Shown here: one piece after another, positions 1-7,539 of the stretch
How the letters are laid out: each line of letters starts with the position of its first letter
How positions within the stretch are numbered: the first letter of the stretch is position 1
NCBI GenBank assembly: GCA_965205025.1
Contig: CBDBFU010000008.1
Location: 1 to 26,794 of the forward strand
Source of the DNA: Candidatus Poribacteria bacterium
GTDB taxonomy: Bacteria > Poribacteria > WGA-4E > WGA-3G
Length of the DNA: 26,794 bases
Direction of reading: 5' to 3'
The notes under the pieces: generated by a model
Seen by the model: only the letters and a program-made list of their open reading frames with translations
Databases searched by the model: none
Told to the model about the DNA's origin: nothing
Made by a program: the position numbers and the translations under genes

Positions 1-1510
1 ACACTACCAGAAGTATCGGAAGACATTTCTTGTGAAGCAACAGCAGTTACAAAGGCTTCTCCTTCAGGTGGTCTATAAAATGTCCACTCTTCACCAAGAT
101 ATTCACAGAAGCCAAGGCCTCTTGCAGTTCCAATCCAGATCTGTTCTTCACTGGATAATACATTCGAGATCTCATATAATTCATTCTGTTGAGTCTTAGG
201 TGTTTGTGATGTTACATCAACTGACATAATGTAAGGAGTTGGGAGACCGTCCTCTTTAGAGATAACCTCCCACGTTTTCGTTGAGGGTGAATAAATCGAG
301 AGTCCAGCAACTGTCGCAATCAAAAGGTTCCCATCAGTATTACGCGATATGTCTCTTACATCATTATCTGCAAGAAAGTCGGCTTGCTTATAGTTAGTCC
401 ATTCACCGCTAACCTTATCGAATCGACTTACACCATCCTCTTTGCTTGCAAACCAAACATCATTACCTTGTGTTGTAATCCAACTGACATTATTACTTGT
501 GAGTCCATCTGCCTTTGTATAATGTACCCATGTGTTAACCGGTTTGATGAAACGATGAACACCAGAATTAGCAGTTCCAAACCAGACTTGAAACCCATCT
601 GTACGGATAGAGGTAATAAAATTGCTTTTTAGTAGGTCTGTCTTCGTATATGTCTTGATAAATGTTTGGTCAACCTGATTATATTGACTAACACCTCTGT
701 GTTGTGTGCCAAACCAAACACTGTCGTCATCTACAGCGATTGTGGCGATTTCGTTGTCTATTAAACCATCTGATTTCGTATAATTATTCCAAGAATCTGT
801 GTCTCGGTGATAACGACTTACCCCACCTCTGCTAAATCTTGGATCTTCATCCCATCCATGGGGATCAGGATTTATCTCTCTATCAGTTCCAACCCACACA
901 TATTCAGGTTCAACCGCTATTGTAGTGATAATCCTGCTAACTAAACCGTCTTTTCGTGTCCGAACTGCCCAACTATCAATCGTCTTGTCATATCTGTTCA
1001 GACCGTTTGATGTACCAAACCAGACATAGTTGCCATCCACTGCAATGGATGAAACTTTATCACTTGCGAGACCATCAATAGTACGAAATGTAGAAAAAGT
1101 ATTTGTTTCTGTGTCGAATCTACTAACACCTTCATTTGTTGCAAACCAAACCGATTTTCCCCCTCAATGGCAACTGCGTTGACAATATCATTTGCCAATC
1201 CGTCTTCCATGGTGTAGTGATGCCATCTATCAGGAGTACGTTCCCATCGCGAAACACCTTTCGCTGTTGCAATCCATACATTTTCTGAATCCGCTGCGAT
1301 ACAGTTTACTTCATTACTGATAAGTGTACGTTTAACTGTCCATGTCTTTTTTGGTTTGGCATTTGGATTGGATTCACCATAAGGTGATTCGGATTCTGGA
1401 TCGTGCGTTCCTAACGGTCCACATCCAGACATTAAGACATAGATTACATAGTAGCTACATATTAATATAAGGAAATAGACATTTCTAAAAGTCGCAATAC
1501 GGGGTGGCAT
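1..1510 (-). pseudogene. Beta-propeller repeat lipoprotein (two-component-regulator-propeller-like repeats); one frameshift at ~1155-1162; 3' end runs off the window
   Basis: ATG at 1510 with AGGAGAGG RBS and lipobox-like LMSG-C. Repeats such as IAADSENVWIATAKGVSRW...YTMEDGLANDIV. After GAGGGGGAAAAT the repeats continue in another frame (SVWFATNEGVSRFD...DGLASDKVSSIAVDGNYVWFGTSNGLNRY...) with no stop down to base 1. May be an intact gene with an assembly error. Confidence 0.8.
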
Positions 1511-1601
1511 GATTATCCTCTCCTAATGCATTCGAATTGGCATCCTTTACAACCGTGTTGATTTCATCAGTGGTGTAATCTAAACTATCTGATTATATCA
1601 C

Positions 1602-3929
1602 TTATTTTCGATTATGTTTATACTTTATTTTTGCCTCATCTAATCCAACAAATCGACTGTAGATTGCGATATTGTTTAGTCTGCCAACCCAACTTCTACT
1701 GCCATCTACTTCATCACCAAAAAGGAGTGTATACGATTCCCAATTGCTAAAGTCACCTTGAATGCCGTTACCAGAATAGACCAATTCTCCATCAATATAA
1801 CAGTATGTATTACCTTCAAAATAACTTACGATGATATGTAAGGGTATACCTGATTCAATCTTTCCAAAAGAGAATTCACCACCCAAACCATTTTCACCAG
1901 TTCGAGGTGTACGAATACGGACTGCCAGACGGTTGTTATCCTGTCCCAAGGTGAAGTTGCGATGTGTGATATCGTTGGAAAACGTAATAATCCTGGCGGG
2001 ACCTGACTGACTCAAGTTATCAGTTGTTATAAGACATTCAAGCGTAAATTGGTTGCTTTTTTGACATTCAACCAGAAGGGTTTCATTCACATTCTTGGGA
2101 AGAATAGTTCCATCTGATACGTCCAACTGACCACCTTCTGTTATGGATGCACCATTCAAGAGTTCGATTTCATTGTTATCCTCAAGTGAACCGTTCCAGA
2201 AAAATATAAGTTCCTCACGTGAACCGGGAAATTCTATGTGAGTGCCAATGTCAGCAGGTGCTGCTGGTAACACATTAATAGTAAGAGCAGTTGTTGATGA
2301 GGCATTTTCCGCATCTGTCACTGTGAGTATCGCTGTGTATTGTCCAAGATTTTGGTAGGTGTGGGTGGGATTTGATTCAGTGGATGTTGTTCCATCTCCA
2401 AAATCCCAACTTTGAGTCAAGTTGCCTTCAGCAGAAAAGTTCACTGATAGAGGAGCACTTCCCTGAGTTATTTCTGCTGTTGCCTTTGCCTCAGGACGGA
2501 TTTTTTCACCTGGACCATACGGTGTAAAACGATAAGCAAAATCTGTGTGTGGTGAAGTAAATCTATACTCTCCTGGTTGTGCCGTGCCAATCGGCAGTAT
2601 CTTCATGTTCCATGTATCTACAGCATCAATTTTATAGGGTTGGTCTCCGTACAATTCTACCGTGATATCCTGTGGTTCGTCAGAATAGACGAGATAGTAT
2701 TCTCCCTTTTTAGCAAGGATATATCGTCCAACATCATCCACAACAGGTTCAAGTGTATCAAAGGATGGTGAATCTGCCATAAATTCTCTTAAAAATGCAA
2801 TTCTTGCTGGACTTTCCCCACGTAGTATACCACCTTTTGACCACCAAAGTAGATCTTCGGGGTGTTCATAAGTTTCACCATGACCAACATAACATCCTGA
2901 AAGTGTTCCTGACCAAAACCGCTGCACCATTTCTTGCGCATTGATGTTGCCCCATCCATGAGGAATATTTCCTTCATACTTACATTCATCATAGATAACG
3001 GGTTTCCCGTATTGACTACGGTAACGAATACCTTGCGCCATATTGGATGTTTGGATACTCGTATGAGTCACCCAAGGTTTAGAATGATCATACCAACCTC
3101 TGCAATTATGTATTCCTCGCAAACGTTGGTAGGGGTCGTGATCTCGGATTATTTGGAAGAAACGATCCCAATCGGATTCTTCCTTTGATGGCATGATGTC
3201 GTATTCATTGGCAAGAGACCACCAGACATTACGGTAGGCAGCTAAACGCGCAACGGCATAACGGATATACCGATCATCACTTTCCGCATCCATGTTTTCA
3301 AAATCCCATCTGTCATAAGTATGGAAGAGTATAATATCTGCTTCTATACCAAGGTTTAACAGATCTTGAACGCGTTTTTCAAAATGCTGCCAAAATTCTG
3401 GGTTGAATCTGCTGAAATCCCAATCTGTTAGTGGCTTACCTTCGTAAGGGTAATAGAGCGGTTCATTTTTATTGTATACATAGTCTTTTGGGAAAATACA
3501 CATCCGTAGTTTATTAAATGGTGCATTTTGGAGGGTTTCTAACGTCTGTTCCTCCATTGCTTCCCCTTGATGTGTCCATGCATAGCATGTTGTGCCAAAT
3601 TGATGATATGGTGTTCCATCCGCATACTGTAAATAGAAATCTTTATGAATTTGTATCGGTCCGTGATTTTCATTTGAAGGTTCAACACACGTAAACTGTC
3701 CAGTTTTATTATTTAATTCTGTAATATTGCTTTTTGTTGTGTATGACCATTCCCCAATTTCGTTAGGCATGAATCTGATTTTATATATTCCGTCACCATC
3801 ATAAAATCCATGCGGAATAAAGGAATTATTTTCATGCTTAAATTCGGCTGTTAATTCTACCGCAACGAACGGATTACCTGTATCTGGACCATTCAGTGAT
3901 ATTTCATATATTCCCCAACGTTCAACCAT
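1602..3929 (-). CDS. DUF5060/DUF4038(apiosidase-like)/DUF5605 putative glycoside hydrolase with C-terminal PKD and LamG-like domains
   Basis: N-terminal VERWGIYEISLNGP...NPF and GFYDGDGIYKIRFMP; GTTCYAW, WWSLANEYD, KPVIYDECKYEG, GHGETY. PKD motif WDFGDGTTSTESNPTHTY...YTAILTVTD; LamG-type end (WVGRLNNIAIYSR). GGAG RBS. Confidence 0.85.
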   Translation of the reverse strand: MVERWGIYEISLNGPDTGNPFVAVELTAEFKHENNSFIPHGFYDGDGIYKIRFMPNEIGEWSYTTKSNITELNNKTGQFTCVEPSNENHGPIQIHKDFYLQYADGTPYHQFGTTCYAWTHQGEAMEEQTLETLQNAPFNKLRMCIFPKDYVYNKNEPLYYPYEGKPLTDWDFSRFNPEFWQHFEKRVQDLLNLGIEADIILFHTYDRWDFENMDAESDDRYIRYAVARLAAYRNVWWSLANEYDIMPSKEESDWDRFFQIIRDHDPYQRLRGIHNCRGWYDHSKPWVTHTSIQTSNMAQGIRYRSQYGKPVIYDECKYEGNIPHGWGNINAQEMVQRFWSGTLSGCYVGHGETYEHPEDLLWWSKGGILRGESPARIAFLREFMADSPSFDTLEPVVDDVGRYILAKKGEYYLVYSDEPQDITVELYGDQPYKIDAVDTWNMKILPIGTAQPGEYRFTSPHTDFAYRFTPYGPGEKIRPEAKATAEITQGSAPLSVNFSAEGNLTQSWDFGDGTTSTESNPTHTYQNLGQYTAILTVTDAENASSTTALTINVLPAAPADIGTHIEFPGSREELIFFWNGSLEDNNEIELLNGASITEGGQLDVSDGTILPKNVNETLLVECQKSNQFTLECLITTDNLSQSGPARIITFSNDITHRNFTLGQDNNRLAVRIRTPRTGENGLGGEFSFGKIESGIPLHIIVSYFEGNTYCYIDGELVYSGNGIQGDFSNWESYTLLFGDEVDGSRSWVGRLNNIAIYSRFVGLDEAKIKYKHNRK

Positions 3930-4271
3930 TTACTTCTCCATGTTCTGTTAATATAGCAAGTCTGACTAAGATGTGTATAAAAACTAAAATTTCTAAATCT
4001 ATTATAAATCTATTATATCGGATATGACGTAGGGAAATTTTAAATGTTTATATTGTATATACATCAAAGGGAATGTTAAACTAAATGAATTAATAGGCAT
4101 TATATATATTGATAGAAATTGTTCAGAATATGGACAGTTTCTGTCAACATACTATAATCTTACATACACATAACAATAACAATTATAATTGGTAATTCAC
4201 TAACTCATAATGTAGTAAGAGTTTCATTTCTTACATCGAACTCACGTTATAAAATTAAAATGTCTTAGTAT

Positions 4272-4393
4272 CAGGACTTACGCATTTCATCTTAAAGTCC
4301 CCCTGATAAGGGGGATTTAGGGGGTTAAAACAATGAAATGACGGCTTTTTAAGTCAAATTTTACCTATTTCTACTTAAGTTGCGTAAGTCCTG
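4272..4393. mobile_element. 122-bp MITE with 13-bp perfect TIRs and 5-bp target-site duplication
   Basis: CAGGACTTACGCA (4272-4284) and TGCGTAAGTCCTG (4381-4393), flanked on both sides by AGTAT (4267-4271, 4394-4398). Internal GC-rich hairpin CCCCCTGATAAGGGGG followed by ATTTAGGGGG. Confidence 0.9.
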
Positions 4394-4404
4394 AGTATAA
4401 TTTA

Positions 4405-4421
4405 TTGGCATATATATTGCT
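4405..4421 (+). promoter_or_regulatory. Sigma-54 (RpoN) -24/-12 promoter
   Basis: TTGGCATATATATTGCT: GG (4407-8), exactly 10 nt, GC (4419-20). It lies 46 nt before the ATG, and an identical copy is at 6763. Confidence 0.75.
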
Positions 4422-4466
4422 CAGATTAGAACACGAGATTACTAAACAAAATTTAGAGGGAAGATT

Positions 4467-4877
4467 ATGAACAGATATAAATATATAATCCTTACACTAC
4501 CATTTTTACTTTTGACTGGATGTGCAGTGCTTTTTGCAAAACAGGAATATGTCCTCATTGACAAACCAATTTCAGAAAAGGCTGTATTTCACGGTATGAT
4601 TTATGCCTTGCCTGAAATAGCGAATGTTCGAAAGGTCATCTTTCAAGGTGAAGGTAAATACTCAAATTTTCAAATACACGTACGTGATAGCAAAAAACGA
4701 TGGAAACCCTATAAAAAGATTCCGGGGGCGATTACGTTTCCTCATGAAGTCATTGTAAGTGCTAAGACTGATGCAATTAAAATCATCAAACCCAACACAA
4801 CCGGTTCGGGACGTATTTGGTCTGTAGAATTCTATACAATTAGAGACAAACCTGAACAAAATCAAAATGAGGAATAG
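4467..4877 (+). CDS. Small lipoprotein, paralog A (predicted beta-sandwich, possibly discoidin/galactose-binding-like)
   Basis: GAGGG RBS; lipobox LLTG-C; alternating beta-strand pattern; clear paralog of 6898-7299. Confidence 0.8.
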   Translation: MNRYKYIILTLPFLLLTGCAVLFAKQEYVLIDKPISEKAVFHGMIYALPEIANVRKVIFQGEGKYSNFQIHVRDSKKRWKPYKKIPGAITFPHEVIVSAKTDAIKIIKPNTTGSGRIWSVEFYTIRDKPEQNQNEE

Positions 4878-4882
4878 ATTAA

Positions 4883-5668
4883 TTGACACAAAAACTCTGC
4901 ATAATTTGCGTCTTAGTGGCACTATCAATTCCAATGCTGGCTAATGCCTTACCGCCACCATCTCCTGCGGGTGGAAGAATGTTACGACTTGATGAAACCC
5001 ACGATTTTATCGGTACAATGGAGTCATGGTTTCCAAAAGAAGAGTTTAATGGGTTAACTGCAGAAGCATGGATCTATATTGAAGAAACTCCTGAAGACCG
5101 TACATACTGGTCAATTATCGGTCAGGAAGGAAGATTCAATTTAGCTCTTATCGGTCCAAAACCGACGTTAGGTGTTTGGGGATATGCAATAGATGACAAT
5201 GGAGGTCCTATAGCAGTCGGTGGTCCAACCTTACCAAAAAGGAAATGGATACATGTTGTCGCCCTATTTGATGCCTCAGCAGGAAAAGGATTCAATGGTC
5301 ATGGTGGCAATTGGTGTTGTCCGGGTGGTCATCTCTTCATTTCTGATAAACCTCTTCGTATTGGTGGGATCATTCCTCAAGATATTAAGCAAGTACGTTT
5401 TGCTGGTGAGAATCTGAAGTTTCGAGGATATATCGATGAAGTCAGAATCTCTAATGTGGTCCGATATGTCGGACCTGATTGGAAAGTTCCTGAAGGAAAA
5501 TTCAGTGTTGATGAAAACACAATATCCCTATGGCATTTTGATGAAGCACCTTGGGCAGGTCGTTTTAAAGATGAATCGGAAAACGGAAATCACCTATGGA
5601 GAAGGGGTTTCATGGACGTAGAAATAAAGAATAAACTCACTACAATTTGGGGTGAAATCAAAAAATGA
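4883..5668 (+). CDS. Secreted LamG-like jellyroll protein with C-terminal WG motif
   Basis: TTG start with GAGGA RBS; signal peptide ending ANA. LamG-type motifs TAEAWIY, WIHVVALFD, LRIGG, FRGYIDEVRISN, LWHFDE. Ends DVEIKNKLTTIWGEIKK. Confidence 0.85.
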   Translation: MTQKLCIICVLVALSIPMLANALPPPSPAGGRMLRLDETHDFIGTMESWFPKEEFNGLTAEAWIYIEETPEDRTYWSIIGQEGRFNLALIGPKPTLGVWGYAIDDNGGPIAVGGPTLPKRKWIHVVALFDASAGKGFNGHGGNWCCPGGHLFISDKPLRIGGIIPQDIKQVRFAGENLKFRGYIDEVRISNVVRYVGPDWKVPEGKFSVDENTISLWHFDEAPWAGRFKDESENGNHLWRRGFMDVEIKNKLTTIWGEIKK

Positions 5669-6609
5669 CATTTCCAAAACGTCTTCTCGGAACCATTATA
5701 TTCTGGTCAGTAATAGGTGGATTACTTATAGTCAATCTATGTTGGGGTAAAGGAACTATTCTCTATACTGTCCCAACCGATGCCGTCTATTCAATTGGAG
5801 CTAATAGTACGAAACCTAAAAGACTGTTTGATGTTATTAATGCTCGTCCTTCGATGGATGGACAGTTTTTAGCGGTATTACCAACCCCAAGAGTTTTTAG
5901 AATCCTCAACACTGGAACCGGCAAGACTGTAAAAAATATACGCCTTGATACACCTGTTCATCTTGATTTCGTTTGGTCTCCAGATGGAAAATGGATTGCG
6001 TATATAGGGTATATAGGACGGGAGGTATCGGAAATCTACCTTATTTCTCTCCAAAGCGGAGAAATCCGACAATTAACCTCTCACCGTAAAAATAAACGCC
6101 GTCTTGTATGGTCACCAGATTCACAATCTATATTCTATGGTGAAACCGGTAAAGCCCGCGGGAAATATTGGGAAATCAAGATCAAAAAACCGGGGATACC
6201 TAAAGAATACGATCTGTTTCACAAAGGGGCATCATTCCTCGGTATACCTGGTGCGTTTTTCGGTTTTTCACATGAAGGGGATCATATTGCCTACGGTTCA
6301 GCGGCAAAAGATGGTGGTGTTTACATAGCAAAAGCTAATGGTACCAATCACCGAAGATTAACGCCAAATGGTTCATATCGAACATATTCTGTTACTTGGT
6401 CTCCTGACGATTATTTCATTGCCTTCTTTTCTTATTATCATGAAACACGCTCCAGTGTCCTATATACCGTTTCTCGCAACAATCCTAAAACAAAACGTCT
6501 TGTTGAGATTCCGGATACTGCTTACGGGTTGACTTGGGTAAATAATTCTGCTCTTGATATTGAACCAGTTCAGAAACTCTCGACTATATGGGGTCATCTT
6601 AAGCGTTGA
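5665..6609 (+). CDS. TolB-like (PD40/WD40-like) beta-propeller protein with C-terminal WG motif
   Basis: ATGA overlap with the upstream stop; N-terminal hydrophobic signal. Repeats VWSPDGKWIAY, VWSPDSQSIFY, TWSPDDYFIAF. Ends DIEPVQKLSTIWGHLKR. Confidence 0.85.
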   Translation: MTFPKRLLGTIIFWSVIGGLLIVNLCWGKGTILYTVPTDAVYSIGANSTKPKRLFDVINARPSMDGQFLAVLPTPRVFRILNTGTGKTVKNIRLDTPVHLDFVWSPDGKWIAYIGYIGREVSEIYLISLQSGEIRQLTSHRKNKRRLVWSPDSQSIFYGETGKARGKYWEIKIKKPGIPKEYDLFHKGASFLGIPGAFFGFSHEGDHIAYGSAAKDGGVYIAKANGTNHRRLTPNGSYRTYSVTWSPDDYFIAFFSYYHETRSSVLYTVSRNNPKTKRLVEIPDTAYGLTWVNNSALDIEPVQKLSTIWGHLKR

Positions 6610-6649
6610 ATTAACCATGCTTTGGACCTGATGAGTAGAGTTTTTTAAT

Positions 6650-6673
6650 GTAGCATAAACTTCCAGTTTGTGC
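6650..6673 (+). repeat. GTAG-type REP-like hairpin, copy 1
   Basis: GTAGCATAAAC-TTCCA-GTTTGTGC; related copies at 13467, 15254 and 20441. Confidence 0.75.
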
Positions 6674-6762
6674 CGCATTATAAGACAGACATAACAACTA
6701 TTCATGGGATAAGCATTCTTAGAAATGGTATTACATAGATCTTACTTCTTATGAGTTCATAA

Positions 6763-6779
6763 TTGGCATATATATTGCT
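6763..6779 (+). promoter_or_regulatory. Sigma-54 (RpoN) -24/-12 promoter, second copy
   Basis: TTGGCATATATATTGCT with GG at 6765-6 and GC at 6777-8; part of 25 nt identical to 4404-4428. Confidence 0.75.
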
Positions 6780-6897
6780 CAGATTAAAATACAACATTAC
6801 TAAATAATATTGATAGAAAACATGTTTTCTATCTTGTAATATGTATTTTATCAATGACCAGAAACCCATTCTACCTACGAATATACAGGATCGCATT

Positions 6898-7299
6898 ATG
6901 AATATATGTAAGTTATTACTGATTTTATCTTTCTTTCTTACTTTGGTAGGGTGTACCACACTCTTCCAAGAGCAAGAATATATACTAATTGATCGACCTG
7001 TCAATAAAGATTATACATACTATTACGATATTTTTACATTGCCTGAAATAGCGAAAATACGAAAAATTAGACTGATAGGTGAAGGAAAGTTAAGAAATAT
7101 CGAAATCCATGTCCGTGACGCAAAACAAAGGTGGCATCCGAAGAAAAAGATACACCGAATAAATCAATTGCCATTGGATATACCTCTGGTTGTTGATACA
7201 GATGCTATAAAAGTCAAAAAATTCCCTACCACCGTATTTGGAGAAATTAAAACCATTCAGTTTTTCACTGTGGTAGATAAAGACAAGAACAATCACTGA
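6898..7299 (+). CDS. Small lipoprotein, paralog B
   Basis: Start moved from 6841 to ATG 6898 (AGGA upstream; aligns with the paralog start). Lipobox TLVG-C. Shares QEYxLIDxP, LPEIA, GEGK, IHVRD, KRW/QRW, TDAIK with 4467-4877. Confidence 0.8.
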   Translation: MNICKLLLILSFFLTLVGCTTLFQEQEYILIDRPVNKDYTYYYDIFTLPEIAKIRKIRLIGEGKLRNIEIHVRDAKQRWHPKKKIHRINQLPLDIPLVVDTDAIKVKKFPTTVFGEIKTIQFFTVVDKDKNNH

Positions 7300-7539
7300 G
7301 AAGCACCTATCTCGAATTAAATATCTTATTACCCATTCTAATCACAGTTAGCTGGAGATATTTACTTGATGGGTGATGTCTCACTGTATAGTCATTTTGA
7401 TGCCCAAAAACGTGCATTGGTGTCCTTGACTGCCCATTTTCGTGCCAAATCATAATTCCTAACCGAATGTGTCATCTGTTATAAAGCTCAATTAACCTTT
7501 GACAGAGTTTGCTTTGTTTGCCAGAGGAACGCGTAGTTA

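Noticed and set aside
4095-4113. AGGCATTATATATATTGAT as a third sigma-54 box
   Set aside because: Wrong spacing and no GC at -12.
6841-6897. 19-aa N-terminal extension of lipoprotein B
   Set aside because: Paralog alignment, RBS and signal-peptide position all favour ATG 6898.
7431-7448. Minus-strand TTGGCACGAAAATGGGCA as a sigma-54 promoter
   Set aside because: The -24 half is good but the -12 position reads GG rather than GC, and it points antisense to the genes.
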